From: Salpingoeca rosetta
Taxonomy: Eukaryota > Protista > Choanoflagellata
DNA: 64,000 bases
NCBI GenBank assembly: GCA_033442325.1
Contig: JAWQFM010000020.1
Coordinates: forward strand, 842,819-906,818
Reading direction: 5' to 3'
Below the pieces are notes generated by a model. It did not search any database. It saw only the letters and a program-made list of their open reading frames with translations, and was not told the origin of the DNA. This document shows, piece after piece, positions 1-23,026 of the stretch. The position numbers and the translations under genes were made by a program. Numbering within the stretch: position 1 is the stretch's first letter; each line of letters starts with the position of its first letter.

Positions 1-88
1 CACACACACACACACATACAGGCAGGCACACACACAAAATCACGCACACGCACACACACACACACATACATACACGTGCATGCATGCG

Positions 89-3046
89 CTAGAGGCAAAT
101 AAACTTGGAGGCGTCAAACTTGCCGCCAGTGCCAGTGCTTGGATCGATGATGATGCACCCGGACTCGCAGATGTATCGGCCAGCATGCGCAGACAGCACC
201 TCGCCATCCTTCCCAGCAACACCATCCGCATCATCCACGTCACCAGCGTCACCAGCATCGCTGCCACCATCACCAGGAGCCGTGTCGTTTCTGTTGCTGT
301 TGCTGTTGCTGTTGGAGTCGCTGCTGGTGTCGGTCTCAACGGCGTGAGCACTCGTCGCAGACGCCTCATCATCGCCACTGCAATCACTGAGCACACCCCC
401 TTCTCCATCGCCATCGCCAGCGTTGTTGGTGTTGTTGTTGCCGTGCTGCTGTGTCTGCGACAGGATGCGCATGTCTGCGGGCAGGCTGTCGATGATGGCG
501 CGGGTGCCGAAGAACGGGTGAGCAACAATGCCCTCCTCAATGCCGTGCGCGAGCGTGATGGAGGCAACTCCGTCCGTGATCAGCGCGGGCAGCTTCAGCG
601 TGTGCGCGTTGCGCAGGGCAATGGAGACAATGTACTCGCACGGCACGCGCCTCTCCTTGTGTCCGGTTTCCGCGGGGTGCACCCAGACGCCCTCTGCACC
701 CTCCTCCAGCTGGCGCTCCTGCAGTGGCAGGCGCTTCACGCGCGGGCAGAGCTCATGCACGCGGTCGCCGGGCACCCACACGGGGTGGTACGGGGTGACA
801 CGTAGCCCGCCAGGCATGCACACGGCATCCATCATGCCGTCCGCACATCGCGTTTGCAGGATGACCTCCACCTCTGCAGCCTCACCACCGGCTGTGTGGA
901 CCAAATCGCCGGGCTCAAGGTCGATGACGCGCTTGGTGGACGCACCGTCCGCCATGAGCACGCGCGTGTCGTTGTGTACGCAGGGGTTACCCGGGTTGTT
1001 CATCTGCTGCATGCTGTCGAGGGACTGCACCTGCTCGCCACCGCCCTGCCCGCTGCTGGTGGTGGCGCCGGAGGAGGACCTGGCGCCGGACCCCCTGTCC
1101 GAAGCGACGGTGCTGCTGGTGTCGTGCCGGATGGGCCGCGTGGTCTTGGGCGCGGGAAGCAGGTTGTAGCAGTCGTTGGCCTTGGACTCCAGGTCCATGA
1201 AGTAAGGACCGGCATACGGCTGGATGCCGCGGTCCTTGAAGTTGGTGCGCATCTGGCACCCGTGCGCGCTGGCAAGCGACAGCATGTAGTGCTGCCCCCA
1301 CCGCCGGAAGTACACCTGCTGCATGGCCTTGATGACCTGGTCGTCAAAGTCCGCCAGCATGCGCTGCATCTGCTCGTTGCCCTCGCGCTGTCGCATCTCC
1401 TCCATGAACGGCGGCAGTGCCTCTCGCAGCGTGTAGTCGCGTGCGAGCTCACGCAGCAGCACCACCGCGCGCGTGCGCATTGTGTGGAAGGTGCGGGCGC
1501 CGTAGCCAAGGTCCTTGCCAAGCACTGCGTGGACGGTGACGTGCTGCCCGTTGTTGCGGCCCAGCAGCGGGCAGTTGAAGGAAACGGAGAATTCCTCCGG
1601 CACAAACCCGCCCGCGTTCCCGCCCTCGTCAGGCCGTGGCAAGTTGATGACGACGTTCTTGGTCTGTCCCAGCAGCATGGGCCCGAGGTTGAGGCCCTCG
1701 TATTCGGTGGAGCGGTCCCTGTTGGTGTTCATGGCCAGCGTGCACCCCTGCGGCATGTTGATGGTGAGGTCCGTCCCCAGCACCAGCTGTGCGGCCACGG
1801 TGGCGTTGATAAACGCCGTGCCAACGAACGATGAATCCGGGACGAACGCATATGTGCCGCCGCCGAGCGCTGCCAGCTCCGACAGTAACGGGCTGTCAAT
1901 CTGCTCAAAGCCAAAGCCAAACGTGTTGACGATGAAGCGGCGGGCGTGCTTGTATGTGTTTCTGAAGCTGCGCAGCACGTCACGTGCGTCGTTGCCCTCG
2001 TTCGGCTCGCCGTCCGTGAGCACCATGAGCACGGGCTGGGCCTTGGTGGTGTCTGTGCCCTTGAGGAGAAGCTGCATGCCACGCAGCACGCCGTCGCCGA
2101 GGTTGGTGCAGCTGCACGGCTGGAGGGCGCCCACGGCATCTGTGGCGCGGCTCACGCCCGCCTCTGTCATCCGCTCCATGGGCAGGGTCACAGACGCGTT
2201 CTCAGAGAAGGCGACAACGGAGAGGTAGTTGTCCTCGTTTTGCAGGAAGTTGGCGATGCTGCGCGCGGCGTGCTTGACAATGTCCAGGTATGTCTGCTCA
2301 AACTTCTCCAGCTGGTTGTACTTGTTGCGCTGGGTGGCGTGGCGGTCCATGGACCCGGACACGTCAATCACCAGGCAGATGTGCACGGGGGTCTTTATCT
2401 TGTCCAGACGCGGCATGATGCTGAGGATGCACTGGCCGTCCTTTGGCGGGCTCACCTCCACCTTGGCCACCTCCGTTCCGGGCTCGTCCGGCTCCAGCGG
2501 CTTGGTGCGCAGGGGGATGGGCGGGTTCTTTGGCGTTGGCTGCGGGAACTTCTTGGGTAAGTGGTGTGGGAGCTGCTTTTCCTTCGGTTGTTGTGGTGGT
2601 TGCTGCGGCTGTTGCTGTGGTTGTTGTTGTGGTTGTGGTTGTTGTGGTTGTTGTGGTTGTTGTGGTTGTTGTTGTGATTGTTGTTGGTGTTGTTGTGGTT
2701 GTTGTGGTTGTTGGTGTTGTGGTGGTGGTTGTTGTGGTTCTTGCTGTTGATGCGTGTGAGTGGCGGAGCCAGAGGTGTCAGGTGTGGCGCTAGGTTGCGA
2801 TGCTGGTTGGGACTGGCCCAACGTCCAACGGGAAATCTGGTCGGCCAGATCGTCATCGATGCGGATGTCTGAGAGTTCAGCGTCCACGCCATTTGGGGTA
2901 CACCCCTCCTCCGCCAGTGCCTCCAACAACGCCTGGAAGTCGTACACTTGCGTGTCTCCCGGAACAACGGCCGGCGTCTGAATGACTTTGCCCGATATTG
3001 GGCAGATGAACCGCTCCGGCACATCCCCCGAGCCGTCGGGTTCCAT
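89..3046 (-). CDS. U-box + Q/P-rich linker + VWA + Vwaint + Vint (Hint-superfamily) protein, intronless, ~985 aa
   Basis: Uninterrupted ORF from ATG at 3046 (MEPDGSGDVPERFICPISG..., U-box-like). VWA MIDAS motif DVSGSM at 2348-2365, then TNL, LTDG and FGFG. Vwaint-like segment RWGQHYMLSLASAHGCQMRTNFKD. Hint block A CVHNDTRVLMADG (Cys codon 980-982), block B LRVTPYHPV, and Vint-type HPFFGT. Confidence 0.9.
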   Translation of the reverse strand: MEPDGSGDVPERFICPISGKVIQTPAVVPGDTQVYDFQALLEALAEEGCTPNGVDAELSDIRIDDDLADQISRWTLGQSQPASQPSATPDTSGSATHTHQQQEPQQPPPQHQQPQQPQQHQQQSQQQPQQPQQPQQPQPQQQPQQQPQQPPQQPKEKQLPHHLPKKFPQPTPKNPPIPLRTKPLEPDEPGTEVAKVEVSPPKDGQCILSIMPRLDKIKTPVHICLVIDVSGSMDRHATQRNKYNQLEKFEQTYLDIVKHAARSIANFLQNEDNYLSVVAFSENASVTLPMERMTEAGVSRATDAVGALQPCSCTNLGDGVLRGMQLLLKGTDTTKAQPVLMVLTDGEPNEGNDARDVLRSFRNTYKHARRFIVNTFGFGFEQIDSPLLSELAALGGGTYAFVPDSSFVGTAFINATVAAQLVLGTDLTINMPQGCTLAMNTNRDRSTEYEGLNLGPMLLGQTKNVVINLPRPDEGGNAGGFVPEEFSVSFNCPLLGRNNGQHVTVHAVLGKDLGYGARTFHTMRTRAVVLLRELARDYTLREALPPFMEEMRQREGNEQMQRMLADFDDQVIKAMQQVYFRRWGQHYMLSLASAHGCQMRTNFKDRGIQPYAGPYFMDLESKANDCYNLLPAPKTTRPIRHDTSSTVASDRGSGARSSSGATTSSGQGGGEQVQSLDSMQQMNNPGNPCVHNDTRVLMADGASTKRVIDLEPGDLVHTAGGEAAEVEVILQTRCADGMMDAVCMPGGLRVTPYHPVWVPGDRVHELCPRVKRLPLQERQLEEGAEGVWVHPAETGHKERRVPCEYIVSIALRNAHTLKLPALITDGVASITLAHGIEEGIVAHPFFGTRAIIDSLPADMRILSQTQQHGNNNTNNAGDGDGEGGVLSDCSGDDEASATSAHAVETDTSSDSNSNSNSNRNDTAPGDGGSDAGDAGDVDDADGVAGKDGEVLSAHAGRYICESGCIIIDPSTGTGGKFDASKFICL

Positions 3047-3217
3047 CCTGCTGGATGATGGGCAAGTGCGTGCGTGCGTGCGTGCGTGTGTGCGTGTGCG
3101 TGTGTGTGTGTGTGTGTGCGTGTGTGTGTGTACGGATATGGAGGTGGACAACAAGTGGCAGAAGGAGGAGGAAAGGGAAGGCAAGCTCAAGAAGACACAA
3201 CAAACCACACAAAATTC

Positions 3218-3257
3218 GCTGACGTCAGCACTTTTTGCTTGGTGCTTGTTGTTGCCA
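3218..3257 (+). promoter_or_regulatory. Bidirectional promoter elements: CRE-like palindrome GCTGACGTCAGC (3218-3229) and RFX-type half-site GTTGCCA (3251-3257)
   Basis: Both motifs lie in the ~260 bp between the divergent ATGs at 3046 (-) and 3305 (+). The downstream + strand gene is ciliary. Confidence 0.45.
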
Positions 3258-3304
3258 ACCAAGACGACAAAAAGAGAACAACAGAAAGCAGCCGAGAGAC
3301 GGAG

Positions 3305-9786
<6,482 letters not shown>

Positions 9787-9987
9787 TGTGTGTGCGCGTG
9801 CGCGCGCGCGTGTGTACGTGTGAACGCACAATACTTTGCACGTGTGTTGGCGTTGGTAGTGTCCACACCCTTTCATTCAGCCTTCTGTGTGTTTATGATT
9901 CGTTGCTTCTCTTCTTCTCTTCTTCTTGTATTCACTTTATTTGATGCATCCGATAACCAATGTACAATTCAAACCTCCTCCTAGTTG

Positions 9988-13581
<3,594 letters not shown>

Positions 13582-14370
13582 GCCACCGCTCCCGCCACCA
13601 CCGCCGCCTGCGCCTCAGCCGGCTGCTGTTGAGGACTCGAGCGATGGTCCAAGACGAGTAGTGGCTAGCTCGGCGGCACGCGTAAGTTTCCCACGACATG
13701 CCGAAGCCAAAACAAAGCACGGTTTTGCATGCAGTCAAGCCAGGCATGCAAACGCGTTCCATGGCCTCCACGTCACCTTGATCGTTGCTCGTGCATGCGA
13801 GTGTGCACATGAGCAATACCGTGTAATGTAATGCGCGTCCACAGCGTCACCGCCGTTGATTCTTGCTTCTGTGTGTTTCATGAGAAATAGTTGTCAACAT
13901 CACAACACATCACACACAACAGCCGACATGCAAACCGTTTTGCATGTTGGTGTGCTCGGTGCTTGTCCTTCCACACACCCCACACGTCACCGAGCAATAC
14001 TTGTGCGCATTTCTTCTTCTTCTCCTTGTTGCCGTCTTTCTTGATTTCACACTCTCTCCCCAGCCAGCACCAACAAACAAACAAGACACAAAACCAGCCA
14101 AACATCGAAACCAGCACACCTGCCTGTCTGTGTGTATCTTTGATCGAGTGTCCACTTCCTCCCTTTTGTTTGCGTGTTTGCGACTCGACCTTCCTACTCG
14201 TCTCAGCTCACATTCTGGCTCTCGCCCCGGGTCTCTCCTCCCCATTTACGTTTGTTTGTAATCACACCCCACTGCGACTCTCTCTCTCTCTCTCTCTCTC
14301 TCTGTCTTTGTCTCTCTTACCCTCCTTCACACTTCTCCAACGCCTTCTGCCCTCCCGACACCGTTCCACC

Positions 14371-15292
<922 letters not shown>

Positions 15293-15694
15293 ACGCACAC
15301 ACGCGTGCGTGGTTTGGACTGTGATAATGGCGTGATGGCATGACGATGCGATGAGAATGCCAGCTGACGGATGTATGGATGTTCGTAACTCATCTAAGCA
15401 GAATTGTGCGTGTTTGTGTCTGTGCTTTTTTGGTTTTCTTCGCCGCTGTCGGTATTGGTGGAGTGCAAATCCCTCGTGTTATAACATGGCGCGTGGGTCA
15501 TGGACGACCCTGCTCCCTTCTTCATTGTCTCGCCCCTTTCCCTCTTCTCTTCACTTTCCGTCATTTCTGTGTCTTGAGACGACACTTCTGCTGCACTCGT
15601 TGCGTTTGTCGTGTTGGCTGGCGAGGAAGCGCGGGCCGGTTACTGTTTACTGTTTGTCTGTACACACGATGCCGTGGTTCCCTTATGCCTTTGT

Positions 15695-15743
<49 letters not shown>

Positions 15744-15958
15744 GCGTTGACGCAAGAACGAATGTAAACAACACAACTAAACGCAACGTTATATGTACAA
15801 ACGTCACATCAGCTCATGGATGCATACGTAACACATTGGGGTCAGACAGACACTCACATCCTTCGCATGTGTACATTTGTCATCACCACCATGGTCATCA
15901 TATCGCCATCATGCCAACACCAGCTGAACATAACCCCCCCCCGTCTCCAAACCCAACG

Positions 15959-17755
15959 TTATCGTGACGCTGTGCTGGAGGAAGCGAAGGAGGACTGGAG
16001 AGAGACAGCAAAGTCGTGCACGTGTGCAAACAGCTGTTGGCTGTGCATCTGTTTGCTGTCCTCGCCAAAGAACTCTGTGATGCGTGTGCTTTCCTCCTTT
16101 GTCCGCTCAAACGCCTCCTGTGCAGTGGCCAGCTTATCCTGGTGACGATGACGAGAGTGATAGTGTTGTGTCGCGTGTGACCATTTGGGAGAGGAAAGAG
16201 AGCAACAAGTCGTCGAGCAGAGTGAAAACACAAATACAAATACAGACAGGGGCACAATGAGTACCTTCACAAGAAGACAGAGACACACAGAGAGACACGT
16301 ACGGTTGCGTGTGTGTAGAAGGAGGCGAGCTCAGGCACGAGCGATTGCACGGTGTCGAGTTTTCGCTCCAGCAGCTGCAAACCTGTGGTGGGGTAGTGTG
16401 CAGAGGTGTGCAGAGGTGTGTATGTGTGTTTGTATGTGTTTGTATGTGTGTGTATGTGTGTGTGTGTGTATGTGTGTATGTGTGTGTATGTGTGTGTGCG
16501 TGCAAAATAGCCATAAGTGATGGGAGCGGAGGAGGAAGTGGCCAATGCATTGCGACAGACAGAGGACAGGATGAGAGTGACAGTTTGCAGTCATACACAG
16601 AGTTGTTGGCATGCATGAAGACGAGAGGACTGCCACGTGTTACCAGTCTTGAGTTTGCGCATATCCTCGCTGACAATGTTGAGGTCGACGTGTCGCGCCT
16701 GCAACAGTGGAGACAGGTGCGACACAAGACGCTCCAGGCAACCAGGCCTGTCGGTGACGATTGTGACAATGGTGGCGATGGTGGTGAGCATTGGCCACGG
16801 TTATGGCCACAAGGAAGGACGAAGTGCTGGGCAGACTTTGTTTGCGCGAGTACACGAGCAACACACACACACACACACACACACACAGGCACAGACACAC
16901 ACGCACGCACGCACAGACACAGACACAGACACAGACACACACACACACGCACGCACGCACAGACACAGACAGACAGACAGACACACACACGCACGCACCA
17001 CTTCCGTTCGAGCGACTGGGCGAGAAAGGCGAGCAGATCGATTTTCTTGTCCGCGGCTGCTTTGATGTCTTTCAACTTACACAGACTGAACACGCACAGA
17101 GGCATTTGTGCGTGTGTGCGTGTGTGGAATTGGCATGATTGAGCACGGATGCACGTGTGAATGCGAGTCAGAGTTCTTCATTCCGGTGGTGTTTCCGTCG
17201 CGGATATTGCGCGTGCATACTTCCATTCTCAACCATACACACACGAACACACACACAACATACGTATACACACGCGCACACACAACATACGCATACACAC
17301 ACGCACACGCGCACATGCACACCTGCTGGCTGAGATGCCGTACGCCTGGCGAGCGCGCAGATGGGGCGGGGCGTACACAGTGTTGGTCATGTTGCCAAGC
17401 TCAAGCGCCTACAGTTGTTGTCAAATGTGTGGACGTGTGCGTGTTGTGTGCGAGTGTGCGTGTGTGTCACAAGGGAGAAAGGGTTGGGAGATGAGTTAGC
17501 AGTGGACACAGCGCAGACAGACAGGCAGGCCGACAGGCAGACAGACGGGCTGGCAGAGATACACACAGCACACCACGAACCATGCGTAGGGCGCGGTGGA
17601 GGTCAGTTGCGTCACGAAGGGCTTTGCATGCGTCGTTGACGGTTGCCAGGGAGCGAAAAATATCGTGCAGGGTGCTTTCAAACTCAAGCTTGAGCTGGAA
17701 GCCCTCAACAATCACAGGCAGCGCAGGGCACTCGTGGTGGATCATCCTGGCATGA

Positions 17756-17823
<68 letters not shown>

Positions 17824-17925
17824 AATTGGCGCATGGTTGTGTTGGGCAGGGAAGGGGGAGGAATGAAGTGAGTGGCAAACGCACAAGTACGCGTGAGCAT
17901 TAAGTGTTTGGGCGAATGGATTGTT

Positions 17926-18000
<75 letters not shown>

Positions 18001-18525
18001 CACACAACAACGACGACTGACCAGAAGAATTTATCTGCCTGTGCGAGCTTCTCTGGCGGTCCCGTATAGAGGGCGATGGCCTGCAGCTCATCGGGTCTAA
18101 GCACGGATGGATGGATGGATGGATGGATGGATGGATGGATGGATGGATGGATGAACGGAGGGATGGATGGATGGGAGCAGTGGTTGGCCGGCAGAAGAGG
18201 AAAGTGCGATCACATCCACATAGGAAGGATGATCAGACAGACAAACGCACATGCACACACACACGCACGCACGTACACAGACAAACACGCACATGCACAC
18301 AGGCACAAGGGAGGGCAGTTGTACTTTGGGAGGGCTTTGCTGAGGATGTGCAGTTCATCTGCGGACCACACGTCTTCATCCAACTCAAGCAGCGACGAGA
18401 TAATGCCCTCAATCCCTTTCACCAGCCTGCACGCGCACGTGCATGCGGATGGGTTGGAGGTGTGAGAGGTGTCTGCCAAAGAAGAGCGCACGGTGACGCA
18501 GGAGTGCACACACGCACACAGCTAC

Positions 18526-18596
<71 letters not shown>

Positions 18597-19233
18597 CGCA
18601 GCGACCTGCCGAAAACCAACACAAAACACGGCACGGACTTGTTGAATCGACGAAGAACAATGCCAACATTGCGGGCGCGCGTGGGATCGATGACAGATAC
18701 AGCTGTGCTGGTGGCTTTCTTGTCTGCAAGTGCACGTTGTGCTAGTTTCCTCTTCTTCTCAGCTGCTCGTTCCTCCTCGCTCTTGCAGAACAGCGCCTCA
18801 AACTCCTGCGCGCGCGCCAGCGTGTTGTGGCATGTATGTGCATGTGTGTGTGCATGTGTGAGTGTTTGAGTGCTTGAGTGAGTGCGTGTGTTAACGCGTG
18901 TGACACCACAGCACCGACGCCAGAATGCAGACAGGTTCCATCCGTCCACCACAGCAGTGCATAACACACACAAAATAAGCCATTAACACACAAGCAGTCA
19001 TCCATCATCATCATCATCATCGTAGCTGACTGACCTTGACATCGACGACCTCGTTGACTGCATTTGGCAGAGCAGTGGCATCTGCCCAGATGGTGTCCCT
19101 GTCCGCAAGGGGATAGCGCACGTGATAGGGATGGTGGTGAGTCGGGGTGAATGAAATGGTAACTGTTTGCTTGGCGGCAGGACGACAGAATACCCAACCA
19201 AGCCACGAATGCACAGACACACAGACACACACA

Positions 19234-19290
<57 letters not shown>

Positions 19291-20437
19291 CAGCCAGCAG
19301 TACCGGAGGCGGTGTGTCGGCACGGTCTTCCAGTGGAGTTTCTTCCCCACGAGTTTGGTTGGCTGTGCTGCTGTAGGTGGTGGTGCTGGCCCAAACCCGT
19401 TCCCAAGCAGCATCGGCGGAGGCGGCGGCGGCGGCGGCGGCGGCGGTGCTCCTGCTCCAAGGTGTGGAGGCGGTGGCGGTGGCGGTGGTGGTGGAATGCC
19501 TGGGCCCAAAGGTGGTGGTGGAGGAGGAGGAGGAGGAGGAGGAGGAGGAGGAGGAGGAGGAGGAACGGTATCGTGTTGACCAGATCCAAGTGATGGTGGT
19601 GGTGGTGGTGGAGGTGGTGGTGATGGCGGTGGGGCTGGCTTGGTTGCAGACGCTGAAGCACAGACGCCGTTCTTCTCTCCACTTGGTGGTTCAGCTTCCT
19701 TCATCTTGGCACCATCGCCTCTGCTATCATCAATCACCGTGTCCTGCTCGTGCTTGTTGGCCGCACCACCCTGCATCTTATTTTCTTCACTCACTGCAGC
19801 CTTTCCTGCACCGGTGTCACCACCCATCACTCCTTCCTTCGACTCCTCCTCGTCCATCTTCACCTCATCCTTCCCTTGTGTTCCTTCCTCCTCTCGGCCA
19901 GCACCATCACCATCATCACTAGAGCAGGAAGAGAGGTCAAGGCGCGGCACGTGCGGGTTCTTCGTCCTGCGACCACTGCCCCCTTTATCAACACCGCCCA
20001 TCGGCTTCCGTCTCCTATCTCGATGCCCTCGCCTCCGCCTCCGCCGTGGCTGTTGCCGATTGTGTTGCTGCTCTCCACATTCACCCTCAACGGTACTGCC
20101 GTTAGCATCTTCCGCACTCGTGTACTCCTCCTCCCCCTCATCATCATTGTCACCGCTGCTGCTTGTGGGCGAGCGGTGTGTGCGGCTGACTGCTTTGCTT
20201 CCAATTGGTGTTGATCGCAGCGGATTTGCGATGCTATTGCGCCAGTGTTGCTGAGGGTTCGGTGGCGTGTGCACTTGTGGTGATGCGTGCACTTGTGGTG
20301 ATGCGTGCATTTGTGGTGATGCGTGCACTTGTGGTGACGCAAGGGCAGTTGCAGCTACCCCTTCATCGTCTCCCTCCTTGCTCTGCAGGCGTGCAGACGT
20401 GTTGGCGCTGCCATGGCTCCCGTCTGATGTCTGCTGC

Positions 20438-20470
<33 letters not shown>

Positions 20471-21979
20471 TGTTGCTGCTTGGCTGAGCGCGCCTGTGCG
20501 CGGGACTGCGCAGTCAATTTTCGACGTCGGTGCCGCCGCACACTATCATGTGTGTATGAGCGAGTGTGAGTGGGTGCGTGTGAGTGAGTGAAGGTAGGTG
20601 AGTGAGCGAGTGTAAGTGGGGAACGACACACAGACACACAGACACACAGACGCAGAGACACATTTGTCACACAGACACATTTGGTCACACACAACCCCAC
20701 TCACATGGACTGCGCCTTTTGGAGTTTCTCGTTGCGCTCCTTCTGCCGCACGTCCTGTGCATGCTGCAGCACAGACTTGGTGTCGCGAGCAGCAGCCGGC
20801 ACCTGTGAGACATGCAGCACATGTAACCCTGCGCCCTCCAGTCGACGAAGTGGACTTGGCAGCTCAAGCACTTGACGTGCCTCGCTCGCCCCAAGTAACA
20901 CTTTCCCTCGCCCACCGCCGCCCTGGTGCTGGTGATGCTGCTGGTAGTGCTCTTGTTGTGAAGACTGGGGCATGTGCAGACTGCCACTAATGCTGCCTCC
21001 ATCACCAGCAACAGCAGCAACATTATCGCGGGCTGTGCTGGTCTCGGGATTGGCGGGTGCACATGTGGCGGTGGTGGGGTCGATCGTGGCAGCGGCAAAG
21101 GCATTTCCTGTTGCCATCATTGGCAGTGAAGGCTGTGACATGTGCTGGTGTGCCGTGGACATGGCAGATGGTTCCTCGTGCTCGTGGTGGTCTGGTGCCT
21201 GGACGAGTGCGGTGAAGCTAGAAGCAGTCGCAGTACCAGTCGTGACGCCGGTGGTAGCGTGTCTTGAAGCACTCACCATTGATGATGCTGGTAAAGTAGA
21301 CGGGCACGAGCCATGACGCTGTCCGCCGCACACCTGCGAACCGTCGACACTGCCACCACCAGCACCGCCACTTTCGCTGCATATTCTCGGCGCTGTTGTA
21401 CCCACAACTTCAGTCACTGCTGTTGCTGGCATTGACACTGTCGCAGCACTGAGACGTTGTTGTTGTTGTTGTTGCTGTTGTTGTTGTTGTGTGACAGGTT
21501 GGTTAGCGTGACTGGTGCCATGTATAAAGTCTTGCTCGCCGACACTAACATCCTCAACAGCACTGCGCTCGGCTGTACTGTCGTACAGCTGCTCCTCCAC
21601 CTCGGCTGCTTCATCGTCAATCAGGTCGGTGACATGGACGGTCTGTGGTTGCGGCGCCACGATGGAGTTGGCCTCCCATATGCTCTGCTTCTCCAGCCGC
21701 TTGCACAGCGTGTGTGCTGTTTGCATGTCGTTCTGCGCACGGCACAGTGCAAACGTGGCCAGATGCGTGGGGAAGCCACTTCCTTCCAAGGCATGCACGT
21801 GCTGCTGATCGGGTTTCAATACAAACAGCGCACTCAGCATCTGCAATGCCAGTGTGAGTGGTGGCGGTGTTGTGAACCCGGCGTCAAGGCGTGCCGTACT
21901 GTCTGCCACTGCGGCAGCGAGCAGTTCGTGTAAGCGGCTGCACGCACCAGGTGGACACCACGGTGGCAGCTCCTGGTTG

Positions 21980-22013
<34 letters not shown>

Positions 22014-22519
22014 GATCGTCATCGTGTTGGTCAAAGTGCGGCAGCGCGACGCGCGTCTTGTACGTAATGTGCAGCGAGTCCACACACCGCTCCCACTGGC
22101 GCGACGTTGCTGTTGTCTCCAGGTTGCCTGGTGTGATGCGATACGCCTGGTTTGGCAGCCAGCCCGTGTGGAACCAGTGCCGAAACAGCTCTTTCTCCGT
22201 CTCCTCGCCATTGTCATCGACATACGACAGTCTGCACACGAGCAGGCAGTTGCCTACAGCACGCACGCCGTCCATGGGCGCAATCATGTCATCCTCGGTG
22301 CCCCTCAGCTGGTTATTGATCTTGCTCGAATACACGAGCTTGTCGCCCTCCAACACCTCAAGCACAATGTTGCCGGATAGCGTGCGGTCACTGGCGTGCA
22401 TGTGTGCGTGTGCGTGCGTGTTTGGCTGTGTGGTCATGGCAATTTGTTGCAGCGACAACTCCTGTGCACGTGGGATGCTGGCCTTGAGAGCCATCACAAA
22501 GTGCGTCAACACCCTGCCA

Positions 22520-22579
<60 letters not shown>

Positions 22580-22980
22580 GGGCAGGGGGTTGAGTGGGTG
22601 TAAAGAAGGTTTAAGTGGGCTGATCGGGGTTGTGATCACATCCCAGAATACGGCAACAAACATTGGCACGCACACATGCTTTGTACAATTAACAGTCCGT
22701 ACGCACATCTGCACATGCACACACACAACACACACACACACGCACACACTGACACACCTTCACAGCAAACACACACACATACACATACACAGCTATACCT
22801 AATTCGGAAGCGGGTGATGATGGCTTTTGGAGACAGCTGCCTGAGCGTGCAAAAGTGCTCGAGGGCCTCTTGTGGCGACTGCACCTGTTCTGTGAACAGT
22901 AAGTACGCTGCAATGGCCAACGACGAGCGGGACTGCAACCACATGCATCCACATACACAGATGCAACACACACATACGCG

Positions 22981-23026
<46 letters not shown>

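Noticed and set aside
560-982. Hint domain as a mobile intein
   Set aside because: There is no homing endonuclease and no terminal His-Asn followed by a Cys/Ser/Thr extein. The context is Vint-type.
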